Shown here: piece by piece, positions 16,531 through 26,393 of the stretch
Layout of the letters: each line of letters begins with the position of its first letter
Position numbering within the stretch: the first letter of the stretch is position 1
Source of the DNA: Christensenellales bacterium
GTDB taxonomy: Bacteria > Bacillota > Clostridia > Christensenellales > SZUA-584
Assembly (NCBI GenBank): GCA_050943225.1
Contig: JBMNOT010000003.1
Span: forward strand, 1-34,363
Direction of reading: 5' to 3'
DNA: 34,363 nt
Notes under the pieces: model-generated
Told to the model about the DNA's origin: nothing
What the model saw: only the letters and a program-made list of their open reading frames with translations
The model's database searches: none
Program-made: the position numbers and the translations under genes

Positions 16531-17375
16531 GCCGGATTGAAGTGAAAAACGTGACCAAAAAGTACGGCGCTGTCACAGCGCTGGACAACGTATCTGCGGC
16601 GATAGAGGAAAACAAGATATACGGCCTCTTAGGCCGCAACGGCGCAGGGAAATCCACATTATTGAGTATCATCACAAACCGCGTTTTCCCGACGTCGGGC
16701 GAGGTACTGATCGACGGCGAGCCGGTGCTGGAAAAAGACAAAGTTCTGGGGAAAGTATACTGCATGAGCGAGCAGCCGCTATACCCGGAATCCATAAGGG
16801 TAAAAGAAGTCTTCAAATGGACGCAGGAGTTCTACCCGGATATGGATATGGATTACGCGCTGGCGCTGGCGGACAAATTCGCGCTCTCCACGCGCAAGCG
16901 CATTAAGACGCTGTCCACCGGCTACACGTCGATATACAAGATCATCGTGGCGCTGGCCTGCAACGCGCCGGTGCTGCTGCTGGACGAACCGGTGCTGGGG
17001 CTGGACGCCAACTTCCGCGACGTGTTTTACCGGGAGCTGATTGCGCGGTACAGCGAGCAGCCGCGCACCGTCGTGATATCGACGCACCTTATCGAGGAGG
17101 CGGCGGACGTCGTCGAGCATGTGCTGATCATCAACAACGGCCGGATTATACTGGACGACAGCACGCAGAACGTGCTTGCCGCGGGGTGCACGGTGACGGG
17201 GCCTGCGGCTCTGGTGGACGAGTACGTGGCGGGCTACAGGGTGCTGGGCAGCGATACGCTGGGCGGCATCAAAAGCGCATACCTTTTGGGCTTGCCGGAC
17301 GCTCCGGCTCCGGCCGGCGTGGAGATATCCCGCATGAAGCTGCAGAGCCTGTTTATCCATCTGACAAACGCGTAA
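16527..17375 (+). CDS. ABC transporter ATP-binding protein
   Basis: Walker A GRNGAGKST, signature LSTG, Walker B LLLDEP, H-loop STH; ATGA overlap with the GntR gene. Confidence 0.93.
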   Translation: MSRIEVKNVTKKYGAVTALDNVSAAIEENKIYGLLGRNGAGKSTLLSIITNRVFPTSGEVLIDGEPVLEKDKVLGKVYCMSEQPLYPESIRVKEVFKWTQEFYPDMDMDYALALADKFALSTRKRIKTLSTGYTSIYKIIVALACNAPVLLLDEPVLGLDANFRDVFYRELIARYSEQPRTVVISTHLIEEAADVVEHVLIINNGRIILDDSTQNVLAAGCTVTGPAALVDEYVAGYRVLGSDTLGGIKSAYLLGLPDAPAPAGVEISRMKLQSLFIHLTNA

Positions 17376-17393
17376 GGGCAAAGGAGAAACGAT

Positions 17394-18128
17394 ATGAGAT
17401 TTTTACCTGCATGGAAGTATCAGATGAGCGGTGTGAAATGGCCGCTGATCGTCTACTATGGCGTGATTGCGGCGCTGCTGGCGCTGATGGGCATATCTCT
17501 GTCCATCGCTGGGGACAGCACCCGGGTCAGCGTGGGCGGTATGGAGATGGCCTCCATGATATTTGTGTTTGTGATAGGGCTCAACTCCTATAAATCTGTT
17601 TTCTTTATGATGAGCGCCAACGGCATCTCCCGCAAGACGATGTTTGTGAGCTTTCTGGCGATGCTGGGCATTGTGGCAGCCGGCATGGCGCTGGTCGATA
17701 CGCTTTACGGAATAGGTATGAAAATGGTGGGCGACTACCGGACGATGTTCGAGCAGCTGTATAACTTGGAAACCAGTGCGCCGGTGTGGATTCCGGGCGG
17801 CTTTGTATGGAGGCTGGGCAGCTATCTGGTTGCGGGCATGGCGGGATATCTTATCACCATACTGTATTACCGTATGAACAAGGCGGTAAAGCTGCTGGTG
17901 TCCATCGGCGTGCCCATACTGGTGCTGTTCGTGTGGCCGGAGGTGGACATTGCTTGGTTCAACGGCACAACCATAAAAGCTATCGGCTGGCTGATCGCAT
18001 GGGCTTCCGGACTCTCGTCGGGGAATCCGTATATCGGCGTAATATCGGATGTCGTGCTGGCAGCATTGCTGGGTGCGCTGTGCTATATGGCGCTGCGACG
18101 CGCGCCGATCAAGACGAAGACATCATAA
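17394..18128 (+). CDS. ABC exporter permease (multi-TM membrane protein)
   Basis: About 6 hydrophobic segments, NGISRK motif, SD AAGGAG, directly after the ATPase gene. Confidence 0.8.
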   Translation: MRFLPAWKYQMSGVKWPLIVYYGVIAALLALMGISLSIAGDSTRVSVGGMEMASMIFVFVIGLNSYKSVFFMMSANGISRKTMFVSFLAMLGIVAAGMALVDTLYGIGMKMVGDYRTMFEQLYNLETSAPVWIPGGFVWRLGSYLVAGMAGYLITILYYRMNKAVKLLVSIGVPILVLFVWPEVDIAWFNGTTIKAIGWLIAWASGLSSGNPYIGVISDVVLAALLGALCYMALRRAPIKTKTS

Positions 18129-18147
18129 TCCAATATTATTTGCTTAC

Positions 18148-18187
18148 TCCGGATTGTACTGTGAGCGCAGTACAGTCCGGATTTTTT
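18148..18187 (+). terminator. Intrinsic terminator
   Basis: TCCGGATTGTACTG-N6-CAGTACAGTCCGGA-TTTTTT. Confidence 0.85.
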
Positions 18188-18280
18188 ATTACAAAATACA
18201 AAATAATTCTGCTCACACAGATTTCCGTTATTTTTGGGAGAATGATATAATACCAGTTATCAAAGACAACGGAGAAACAA

Positions 18281-19387
18281 ATGAACAAAAGAAGTCGTAA
18301 TAGACTGATTTTTTGGCCCCTGATGATATTGGCTGTATTGGCGCTGACCGCCTGTCAGGATTTCCGGAAGGTTTCCGGACCTGATCCGGTAGCGACAGCC
18401 GTTCCGCAGACGCCGGCGCCAGAGCTGTCCGAGCCGGCCAAAACAACAGCGCCGGTATACGAAGACGTGGTGAATCCCAACCAGACATACGGCTACGAGC
18501 AGATGATGGCAGATGCTCAGGCGCTGAGCGAGCAGTATCCGGACCTGGTGCGGCTGGGCAGCATCGGGCAGTCGGTGGAAGGCCGTGAACTGCTGCTGAT
18601 CACGCTGGGTACGGGCCCGAAGAAGCTGCTGCTGTTGGGCGCGCATCACGCGCGGGAATACATCACCGCAACGTTTCTGATGGAAACGGCGGACGTGTAC
18701 GCGCGCGCAGCGGTGACGGGCGGAACATACGGCGATTACGATCTTGCGGCGCTGCTGGAAGAGGTGACGTTGTATATCGTGCCGATGGTGAACCCCGACG
18801 GCGTGAATCTGGTGCAGAACGGCGTGGAAACCGTGAAGGCTCCAGAGAAGGTAAAAGCCATGCGTATGCTGAAGAGCTCGTATTCCGAGTGGAAGGCGAA
18901 CATCAACGGCGTGGACCTGAACCGGCAGTACCCCTGCCATTGGGAGAAAAAGGCGAGCAGTACCGACGTGCCCAGCTCCGAGATGTATAAGGGAACCGCG
19001 CCCGCCACCGAGCCGGAAGTGAAAGCGGTGATGGCGCTGTGCAACAGCCACGATTTCGAGCTGGCTGCCTCGTTCCACACCAAGGGCGAGGTGATCTACT
19101 GGGCGGACAGCGGTACGGAGGAAGCCATCGCGGCGGATGCGGCTATCGCGCAGTCGCTGGCCGAAGTGACGGGTTATGAGCTGATGCCCGTTTCCGAAGA
19201 CCCCGCGGTATACGGCGCGGGCTTTGAGAACTGGTTCCGGCAGGAGTTTAAGCGGCCCGGCTTCTGCGTGGAGCTGACGCCCTCGGACAAGACCTCCGTG
19301 CCGCACGATGACACGCAGTTTGACGCGCTGGTGTGGAAGCGGTCGAAGTATGTCGGCGCGCTGCTGATGCTGCAGGCGGCGGGCTGA
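18281..19387 (+). CDS. M14-family zinc carboxypeptidase lipoprotein (gamma-D-glutamyl-mDAP peptidase-like)
   Basis: Signal peptide with lipobox LTA-C and Pro-rich linker; IGQSVEGR, HHAREY, VNPDG, NGVDLNRQY, EPEV, SFHTKG, VEL. Confidence 0.85.
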   Translation: MNKRSRNRLIFWPLMILAVLALTACQDFRKVSGPDPVATAVPQTPAPELSEPAKTTAPVYEDVVNPNQTYGYEQMMADAQALSEQYPDLVRLGSIGQSVEGRELLLITLGTGPKKLLLLGAHHAREYITATFLMETADVYARAAVTGGTYGDYDLAALLEEVTLYIVPMVNPDGVNLVQNGVETVKAPEKVKAMRMLKSSYSEWKANINGVDLNRQYPCHWEKKASSTDVPSSEMYKGTAPATEPEVKAVMALCNSHDFELAASFHTKGEVIYWADSGTEEAIAADAAIAQSLAEVTGYELMPVSEDPAVYGAGFENWFRQEFKRPGFCVELTPSDKTSVPHDDTQFDALVWKRSKYVGALLMLQAAG

Positions 19388-19400
19388 CGGGCGAGATAGG

Positions 19401-19430
19401 TTGCCTGCAACTGCCCGGAAGGGGTAAAAT
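19401..19430 (+). promoter_or_regulatory. Promoter with CsoR-like operator upstream of the metal chaperone
   Basis: TTGCCT-N18-TAAAAT overlapping TGCCC-GGAAG-GGGTA (19412-19426), one mismatch from TACCC-N5-GGGTA. Confidence 0.4.
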
Positions 19431-19461
19431 ACTGGTAAACGATACGAGGGGAGAAAACACA

Positions 19462-19674
19462 ATGGCGGAAAAGACATACCGCGTCACCGGAATGGGCTGC
19501 GAAGCGTGCGTGGCTCGCGTGACCAAGGCGGTCTCAATGCTGGACGGGGTATCCCGCGCTGCAGTGGACCTCAAAAGCGAAACGCTGACGGTGGTGTACG
19601 ACGAGAGCAAGGTGGATTTCGCCAGATTGCGGGATGCCGTGGACAACGTGGGCTACGGCTTGGAGGAGATATAA
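19462..19674 (+). CDS. copZ: Heavy-metal-associated domain protein (CopZ-like copper chaperone), 70 aa
   Basis: MAEKTYRVTGMGCEAC (GMxCxxC) with terminal VGY; SD GGGGAG before ATG 19462. Confidence 0.85.
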   Translation: MAEKTYRVTGMGCEACVARVTKAVSMLDGVSRAAVDLKSETLTVVYDESKVDFARLRDAVDNVGYGLEEI

Positions 19675-19690
19675 GCGGTTTGTATTGCAC

Positions 19691-19731
19691 AAATTGCCGG
19701 CGGGTGAAAATTTGCCTGCATCGGCAATTTT
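19691..19731 (+). terminator. Hairpin/terminator after the copZ-like gene
   Basis: AAATTGCCG-GCGGGTGAA..TTTGCCTGC-AT-CGGCAATTTT inverted repeat. Confidence 0.6.
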
Positions 19732-19735
19732 GTTA

Positions 19736-19766
19736 TTGACATTGACGTAACGTCAGGGTTTATGCT
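19736..19766 (+). promoter_or_regulatory. MerR-type promoter with dyad operator
   Basis: TTGACA-N19-TATGCT; the long 19-bp spacer contains the palindrome TGACG-TAA-CGTCA (19743-19755). Confidence 0.85.
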
Positions 19767-19788
19767 GGCCTTTGGAGGTGAAGCTGAC

Positions 19789-20547
19789 GTGTATACGATC
19801 GGGCAACTGGCGAAGCTGGCGGGCGTGACTACCCGGACGCTGCGGTATTACGACCAGATCGGCCTGCTGAAGCCGGCGAAGACAAATGAGACGGGTTACC
19901 GTCTGTACGGGCCGAAGCAGGTGGACACGCTGCAGCAGATACTGTTTTACCGCGAACTGGGCGTGGGGCCGGAGGAAATCATCCGCATAATCAGTGCGCC
20001 GTCCTTCGACAGGCAGCGGGCGCTGGAAAGCCATCTTAAGGCGCTGATTAAGAGGCGGGAAGCTCTGGACGCGCTGATCAGCACCGTCAGCAAAACTCTC
20101 GAAGCACACAAAGGAGGGCTGACCATGACGGACGAGGAGAAGTTTGAAGGCTTTAAGAAAAAGCTTATAAAGGAAAATGAAGAGAAGTACGGCGCGGAGG
20201 CACGCAGCCTGTACGGCGACGCGGTGGTGGACGAATCCAACGCGAAGCTGATGGGCATGACGCCAGCGCAGTTCGCACGCATGCAGATGCTGTCCGCTGA
20301 GGTGAATGAAGCGCTGAAGATGGCGATGCAGACGGGCGATCCAACGGGAGAAGAAGCGCGCCGGCTGTGCGAGTTGCACAAACAGTGGCTGATGTGCACA
20401 TGGCCCCATTACAGCGCCGCGGCACACCGGGGCCTCGCGCAGATGTACATGGACGACGAGCGTTTTAAGGCATATTACGATAGCATTGCGCCCGGAGCCG
20501 CGGTGTTCCTGCGCGACGCGCTGCTTCATTTTTTGCCTGAGGCATAG
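19789..20547 (+). CDS. MerR-family regulator with TipAS domain (TipA/Mta-like)
   Basis: YTIGQLAKLAGVTTRTLRYYDQIGLLKP..GYRLY; C-terminal EEKYGAEARSLYG and HRGLAQMYMDDERF..YYD. GTG 19789 follows GGAGGTG. Confidence 0.9.
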   Translation: MYTIGQLAKLAGVTTRTLRYYDQIGLLKPAKTNETGYRLYGPKQVDTLQQILFYRELGVGPEEIIRIISAPSFDRQRALESHLKALIKRREALDALISTVSKTLEAHKGGLTMTDEEKFEGFKKKLIKENEEKYGAEARSLYGDAVVDESNAKLMGMTPAQFARMQMLSAEVNEALKMAMQTGDPTGEEARRLCELHKQWLMCTWPHYSAAAHRGLAQMYMDDERFKAYYDSIAPGAAVFLRDALLHFLPEA

Positions 20548-20565
20548 CCGCAGGTTTTTGACAAA

Positions 20566-20599
20566 CAGGCCGGATGAGATGGATTCGTCTGGCTTTTTT
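20566..20599 (+). terminator. Intrinsic terminator
   Basis: AGGCCGGATGAG..TTCGTCTGGCTT stem with G-U pairs, then a T-tract. Confidence 0.7.
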
Positions 20600-20687
20600 G
20601 TGCAGTCATGGCTTTGGGCTAGCGGTGAATAGAGTGATGACGCAATCATCTATGGTCAACCGGAAATAACTGGTGTATAGTTAGACT

Positions 20688-21650
20688 ATGAAAAACTATG
20701 ATGTGGTGGCGCTGGGTATAGCCGTTATGGATATAGTGGCGGCCCCGGTGGATAAAAACCTTTTCGAGTACAACAAAACGCCGGTGGACAGCGTGATACT
20801 GGCGCCGGGCGGCGACGCGGCCAACCAGGCGGCGCATCTGGCGCGGCTGGGGTGGCGCACAGCGCTGTGCTGCCGGCTGGGCGAAGACGCGCTGAGCCGC
20901 ATGTTCACGGCGGAGCTTGCCGCCGGCGGCGTGGACTTGTCGCACGCGGCGGTATCGCCGGAATCCGTGATGACTGCGGCTGTCGTGCTGGTGGCGGCGG
21001 ACGGGCAGCGCAGCATACTGCACCGCCGCGGCAACAATTACGACTTTTGCCGTGAGGATGTGAACCTAGACGTGATTGCCGGAGCGAGAGCGCTGACAGT
21101 GGGCAGCATATACGGCTGCCCCAAACTGGACGAGGACGGGCTGGAGCAGATACTTGCCCACGCCAAAGCGCACGGCGTGATGACGTTTGCGGACATGGCG
21201 ACGGATAAGCGGGGACTAAAGCTCGCAGGCATAAAGCCTTTGCTGCCGTATGTCGACTGGTTTTTGCCCAGCGAAGCGGAGAGCCGCTACCTGACGGACG
21301 GCATGGATTGCGAGGAGGCTGCTCGAGTATTCCTGGACATGGGCGTGCGCAACGTGGTCATCAAGCTGGGCGCGCGGGGCGCGTACGCCTGCGGCGAGGG
21401 CTTTGCGGGCTACGTGGACGCGTTTGACATCGACGCGGTGGATACCACTGGCTCGGGCGACGCGTTCTGCGCGGGGCTGATCCACAGCCTGCTCAGCGGG
21501 CAGGGCGCGGAGGAGGCGCTGACGTTCGCCTGCGCCTGCGGCGCGTATAACGCGCTTTACAGGGGCGCGGCTGCGGCCACGCTGAACCGATTTACGGTCG
21601 AAAATTTCATCAGGAAAACAGGCCGCCGTTTGGCCGGCGGAAGGAGATAG
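20688..21650 (+). CDS. PfkB-family carbohydrate kinase
   Basis: APGGDAANQA..LARLG, PSEAE, VIKLGARGA, VDTTGSGDAFCAG. Confidence 0.9.
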   Translation: MKNYDVVALGIAVMDIVAAPVDKNLFEYNKTPVDSVILAPGGDAANQAAHLARLGWRTALCCRLGEDALSRMFTAELAAGGVDLSHAAVSPESVMTAAVVLVAADGQRSILHRRGNNYDFCREDVNLDVIAGARALTVGSIYGCPKLDEDGLEQILAHAKAHGVMTFADMATDKRGLKLAGIKPLLPYVDWFLPSEAESRYLTDGMDCEEAARVFLDMGVRNVVIKLGARGAYACGEGFAGYVDAFDIDAVDTTGSGDAFCAGLIHSLLSGQGAEEALTFACACGAYNALYRGAAAATLNRFTVENFIRKTGRRLAGGRR

Positions 21651-21651
21651 C

Positions 21652-23136
21652 ATGCGGCGAGGCAGCGGCATACTGCTCAGCATATCGTCTCTGCCCGGCC
21701 CGTACGGCATCGGCACGATGGGGCAGGGCGCGCGGGATTTCGTGGACCGTCTGGCCCGGAGCGGGCAGACGTACTGGCAGATACTGCCGATATCGCCCAC
21801 CGGCTTTGGGGATTCGCCGTACCAGTCGTTCAGCGCGTTTGCAGGCAACCCGTATTTTATCGACTTTAAGGACCTGTTTGAGGATAACCTGCTGCCCGCG
21901 GATGGGCTGGATTTGTGCGCCGCCCTGTTTAAACCGGACAGCGGCGCGGTGGATTACGAGGCTCAGTTCGAGCACAAGCATAGGATATTGCAAATGGCAT
22001 TCCGCAGCTGCGGCGCGCGCGTTTGGGATGAGGTGCGGGATTTTGCGCAGCGGCACGCCGGCTGGCTCATGGACTATGCGCTGTTCATGGCGCTGAAGAC
22101 CGCCTATGATTTAAAACCATACTGGGAGTGGCCCGAGGAACTGGCAGGCCGAGATCGCCGTGCGCTGGATGCGGCTGCCCAGCAGCTCAAAAAGCAGGTC
22201 GACTATCACATATTCGTGCAGTACCTGTTTTTCAGGCAGTGGGAGGCGCTGCGCAGGTACGCCAACGAGCGCGGCATCCGCATCATCGGCGACATGCCGA
22301 TTTACATTGCGGCGGACAGCGCGGACGCCTGGGCAAACCGCGATATGCTCGATAAGAAACGTCGCGTGGCGGGTTGCCCGCCTGACTACTTCAGCCCCAC
22401 TGGCCAGCTGTGGGGTAATCCGGTTTACGACTGGGAAGCACTGAAGGAAACAGGCTACGCGTGGTGGGTGTGCCGCGTCGCTCACCAGATATCGCTGTTC
22501 GATTACCTGCGCGTGGACCATTTTCGCGGCTTCGAATCGTACTATGTGATTCCGGAAGGAGCGGATACGGCGCAGGAAGGGCAGTGGGTACGCGGCCCGG
22601 GTATCGATTTTTTCCGCCATCTGGAGCGGGAGCTGGGGCCGCTGCCGCTGATCGCGGAAGATCTCGGGTATCTCACGCCCGAAGTATCCCGGCTGCTGGA
22701 GGAAACCGGCTACCCCGGGCTTAAAGTGCTGCAGTTTGCGTTCGACCCCGGCGGGGAGAGCGTGTACCTGCCGCACCGGTACAGCCACAACTGCGTGGTC
22801 TACACCGGCACGCACGACAACGACACCACCCAGGGGTGGTACGCCAAGCTCGGCGACGCGGAAAAGGCGTTTCTGGACGAGTATATCGGCGGCGTGCAGC
22901 CGGAGCGCATTCACTGGCAGCTGATAAGGCTGGCGATGGGCTCGGTGGCTGACGCGTGCATCATACCGATGCAGGACGTGCTGGGGCTGCCCGGCGAAGC
23001 GCGTATGAACACGCCGCAGACCGCACAGGGCAACTGGCGCTGGCGGCTGAAAGAGGGTCAGTTTGATGAGGAAACGGCTCATGCTCTTGCCCGCCTAACG
23101 GCGTTTTTTGGCCGGAGGCCGCCGCTAAAGCGGTGA
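21652..23136 (+). CDS. malQ: 4-alpha-glucanotransferase (amylomaltase, GH77)
   Basis: SGILL.ISSLP, WQILP, SPYQSFSAFAGN, IGDMPIY, GCPPDYFS.TGQLWGNP, RVDHFRGF, IAEDLG, YTGTHDNDT, RMNTP..GNWRWR. Confidence 0.95.
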   Translation: MRRGSGILLSISSLPGPYGIGTMGQGARDFVDRLARSGQTYWQILPISPTGFGDSPYQSFSAFAGNPYFIDFKDLFEDNLLPADGLDLCAALFKPDSGAVDYEAQFEHKHRILQMAFRSCGARVWDEVRDFAQRHAGWLMDYALFMALKTAYDLKPYWEWPEELAGRDRRALDAAAQQLKKQVDYHIFVQYLFFRQWEALRRYANERGIRIIGDMPIYIAADSADAWANRDMLDKKRRVAGCPPDYFSPTGQLWGNPVYDWEALKETGYAWWVCRVAHQISLFDYLRVDHFRGFESYYVIPEGADTAQEGQWVRGPGIDFFRHLERELGPLPLIAEDLGYLTPEVSRLLEETGYPGLKVLQFAFDPGGESVYLPHRYSHNCVVYTGTHDNDTTQGWYAKLGDAEKAFLDEYIGGVQPERIHWQLIRLAMGSVADACIIPMQDVLGLPGEARMNTPQTAQGNWRWRLKEGQFDEETAHALARLTAFFGRRPPLKR

Positions 23137-23164
23137 GGCATACGGGCATTTGAGCCCGGCAAAT

Positions 23165-23192
23165 AAAGGGAAAACAGCCGCCCGGGTCGAAT
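23165..23192 (+). promoter_or_regulatory. Candidate sigma-H promoter for glgBCDA
   Basis: AAAGGGAAA-N12-GTCGAAT versus sigma-H RnAGGAwww-N11/12-RnnGAAT. Confidence 0.5.
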
Positions 23193-23257
23193 ACACAAAG
23201 CAACGCAGTCGAAAGGAAAGTACGAAACCTGCTATGCGGAAAGGAAGGTTTCGGGGC

Positions 23258-25285
23258 ATGAAGGACTTTTCTAGGTATATCAATACCGACGAGATCTATC
23301 TTTTCAACACCGGGGAAGCGCAGCAGGCCTATGCCACTTTCGGCTGTCATTACATCGAAGACATCGGCATGCACCGTTTTATGGTGTGGGCGCCGAACGC
23401 TCGGTCCGTCAGCGTCGTGGGGGATTTCAATGGCTGGGACGCGTCCAAAAACAGAATGGAGAACCTGCCATCTGGAGTGCATGTCACCTTCGTGCCGGGC
23501 CTTAAGGACGGCGACTGCTATAAGTATCATGTGATGGGCTGCGATGGCCGCGCGGTGCTGAAGGCGGACCCGTTCGCATTTCACGCCGAAGTGCGCCCGG
23601 CAACGGCATCCAAAGTGTGGAGCCTCGGCGGATACGAATGGCATGATTTCGACCATCTGGAGCGCCGCAAACACGCCAACTCGCTGAAAAAACCCATGGC
23701 CATATACGAGATGCACGTCGGCTCGTGGCGCTTGAAAGAAGGCTACCGCTTCGCAAACCTGCGCGAGGTGGCGGACGAGCTCGCTGAATATCTCGTTTCC
23801 ATGCATTTTACGCATGTGGAGATACTGCCCATCACCGAATACCCGCTGGACGATTCCTGGGGCTATCAGGTGACCGGCTATTACGCGGTGACCAGCCGGT
23901 ACGGCACGCCGCAGGATTTTATGTATTTCGTGGACACCATGCACCGACACGGCATCGGCGTCATCATGGACTGGGTGCCGGCGCATTTTCCCAAGGACGA
24001 GTACGGCCTGGCGCGCTTTGACGGAACTTGCCTGTATGAGCACGAAAACCCGCTCCAGGCGAACCATCCGCAGTGGGGCACGCTGGTTTTCAACTACGGT
24101 CGGCCCGAAGTGGTGAGCTTTCTGGTATCCAGCGCGATGTTCTTCTTTGATGTGTACCATATCGACGGCCTGCGTGTGGATGCCGTGACATCCATGCTGT
24201 ATCTCGACTACGCCCGCAAAGAGGGCGAATTCGTGCCCAACGAGGATGACGGAAACATCGATTACCGCGCCGTAGATTTTCTGAAGAAGCTTAATTCCGT
24301 GGTGCTGACGCGCTATCCCGGCGCGATAACCATCGCAGAGGAGTCCACGGCTTTCCCGGGCATCACCAAGCCGCCGCACGACGGGGGGCTGGGCTTTATG
24401 TACAAGTGGAACATGGGCTTTATGCACGACACGCTGAGCTACATGTCCATGGACCCGTATTTCCGCCAGTTCCACCACGACAAGATGACGTTTTCGATGT
24501 GTTACGCGTTTTCCGAGAACTTCATACTGCCGTATTCGCATGACGAGGTGGTGCATGGGAAAAAGTCTTTGCTGGATAAAATGTACGGTGAATACGACCA
24601 GAAGTTCGCTTCGCTGCGCGCGCTGCTGGGCTTCATGTATGCGCATCCCGGCAAGAAGCTGCTGTTTATGGGCTGCGAGTTCGGCCAGTTCATCGAGTGG
24701 GCATACCACAAGCAGCTGGACTGGTTCCTGCTGGATTACGACAGCCACCGCGGGCTGCAGCAATATGTGAAGGCGCTGAACGCGTTTTATACCAGCTGCC
24801 CGGCGCTGTATGAGCGGGACGACAGCTGGGAAGGATTTACATGGCTCAATGTGGACAACGCGCAGCAGAGCTCGCTTGCCTTTCTGCGCCGCGGCGACAG
24901 GGAGGACGATGTGTGCGTATGCGCGTTCAACTTCACGCCGGTGCCGGTGAAGGGTTTCGTGATGGGCCTGCCGTCGGACGGCGTGTTGACCGAGGTGCTG
25001 TGCAGCGAGGACGAAACATTTGGCGGCAAGGGAGGCTCCCGCGAGAAGGTGATAACTGCCCGGAAAGAGGCGTTCGGAGAATTCCAATTCAGCGCGGCCG
25101 TAGATCTGCCGCCGCTTTGCGCAGTTTATTACAAACTGACTGAAAAACCTGTGAGCGAGGTGAGGATGTGTGACCAACAAGAAAAAGATTATCGCCATGC
25201 TGCTGGCGGGCGGGCAGGGATCCCGGCTGGGCGTGCTTACCAAAACGCGGGCCAAGCCGGCGGTTCCGTATGGGGGCAAGTATAA
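23258..25285 (+). CDS. glgB: 1,4-alpha-glucan branching enzyme
   Basis: [78 protein letters not shown] 23258 follows AAGGAAGG. The 3' end overlaps glgC by 116 nt. Confidence 0.93.
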   Translation: MKDFSRYINTDEIYLFNTGEAQQAYATFGCHYIEDIGMHRFMVWAPNARSVSVVGDFNGWDASKNRMENLPSGVHVTFVPGLKDGDCYKYHVMGCDGRAVLKADPFAFHAEVRPATASKVWSLGGYEWHDFDHLERRKHANSLKKPMAIYEMHVGSWRLKEGYRFANLREVADELAEYLVSMHFTHVEILPITEYPLDDSWGYQVTGYYAVTSRYGTPQDFMYFVDTMHRHGIGVIMDWVPAHFPKDEYGLARFDGTCLYEHENPLQANHPQWGTLVFNYGRPEVVSFLVSSAMFFFDVYHIDGLRVDAVTSMLYLDYARKEGEFVPNEDDGNIDYRAVDFLKKLNSVVLTRYPGAITIAEESTAFPGITKPPHDGGLGFMYKWNMGFMHDTLSYMSMDPYFRQFHHDKMTFSMCYAFSENFILPYSHDEVVHGKKSLLDKMYGEYDQKFASLRALLGFMYAHPGKKLLFMGCEFGQFIEWAYHKQLDWFLLDYDSHRGLQQYVKALNAFYTSCPALYERDDSWEGFTWLNVDNAQQSSLAFLRRGDREDDVCVCAFNFTPVPVKGFVMGLPSDGVLTEVLCSEDETFGGKGGSREKVITARKEAFGEFQFSAAVDLPPLCAVYYKLTEKPVSEVRMCDQQEKDYRHAAGGRAGIPAGRAYQNAGQAGGSVWGQV

Positions 25286-26393
25286 GATCATCGACTTTCC
25301 CCTGTCCAACTGCACCAACTCCGGCATCGACACGGTGGGCGTGCTAACGCAGTACCAGCCGCTGGAGCTCAATTCCTACATCAGCACCGGCGCTCCATGG
25401 GATCTGGACAGCAACACGGGCGGCGTTTTTATACTGCCGCCTTACCTTAAGGCAGAGCGCGGCGAATGGTATTCCGGCACAGCCAATGCCATCTATCAGA
25501 ACAGCTTTTTTATCGACAAGTTCGACCCGGATTATATACTGGTGCTTTCGGGCGATCACATATACAAGATGGACTACAACGCCATGCTCAAGTTCCATAT
25601 CAAGACGGAGGCGTCGGCCACCATCGCGGTGATCGAGGTGCCCATCGAGGATGCGTCCCGCTTCGGCATCATGAACACCGACGAAAATTTCCGCGTGATC
25701 GAGTTTGAGGAAAAGCCTGCAAAGCCCAAGAGCAACCTTGTCTCGATGGGCGTGTACATATTTAACTGGCGCACCGTCAAGGCGTATCTTCAGGCGGACG
25801 CTGAGGACAAGAATTCCACTAACGACTTCGGCCGCGATATCATACCCAAGATGCTGGCGGCGGGCGAGCGGATATTCGCTTACCGGTTCAAGGGCTACTG
25901 GAAGGACGTCGGCACGGTGGAGAGCCTGTGGGAGGCCAACATGGAGCTGCTGCAGGACCGCCCGGCGCTGAACCTGCACGACCCGTCGTGGAAGATACTG
26001 TCCCGCAACCCCAACCAGCCGCCGCACTTTGTGGGCGACGGGGCCAAGATTTCTACCAGCCTTGTTTCGGAAGGCTGCCGCATATACGGCACGGTGGAGC
26101 ATAGCGTGCTGCTCCCCGATGTGACCATCGAAGCGGGGGCATATGTACGCGACAGCATCATCATGGAGAAGACAGTGGTGGGCGAGGGCTGCGAGATTAT
26201 CAGCACCATTATCGACGAAGGCGCAACGATAGGGCGCGGCTGCCGAATCGGCGGCGACGGGAAGATCACTGTGATCGGGCAGGGTGCAGCGCTGTCCGAC
26301 GGCATGGTGGTGGAGCCGGGCGTATCCATACAGCCCGACTGCAGGTTCGTCAACGACGTCTGCGAAAGCGGAGGTGCAGTGGCAAATGATTAA
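25170..26393 (+). CDS. glgC: Glucose-1-phosphate adenylyltransferase, catalytic subunit
   Basis: [72 protein letters not shown] start with GAGGTGAGG upstream. Confidence 0.95.
   Translation: MTNKKKIIAMLLAGGQGSRLGVLTKTRAKPAVPYGGKYKIIDFPLSNCTNSGIDTVGVLTQYQPLELNSYISTGAPWDLDSNTGGVFILPPYLKAERGEWYSGTANAIYQNSFFIDKFDPDYILVLSGDHIYKMDYNAMLKFHIKTEASATIAVIEVPIEDASRFGIMNTDENFRVIEFEEKPAKPKSNLVSMGVYIFNWRTVKAYLQADAEDKNSTNDFGRDIIPKMLAAGERIFAYRFKGYWKDVGTVESLWEANMELLQDRPALNLHDPSWKILSRNPNQPPHFVGDGAKISTSLVSEGCRIYGTVEHSVLLPDVTIEAGAYVRDSIIMEKTVVGEGCEIISTIIDEGATIGRGCRIGGDGKITVIGQGAALSDGMVVEPGVSIQPDCRFVNDVCESGGAVAND

Noticed and set aside
16905-16930. Non-canonical ABC signature LSTGY
   Set aside because: LSxG variants are common in GntR/YtrA-linked ABC ATPases, and Walker A, Walker B and the H-loop are intact.
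19333-19461. Longer N-termini given by the ORF track (copZ 19333, merR 19762, glgB 23150, glgD 26284, glgP 29026, metF 4401)
   Set aside because: Downstream starts have better SD sequences and match where family similarity begins; several longer starts fall inside promoters or upstream genes.
23137-23257. c-di-GMP or c-di-AMP riboswitch before glgB
   Set aside because: Hairpins are present, but I could not find the GEMM or ydaO conserved motifs. A promoter plus an SD hairpin explains the region.
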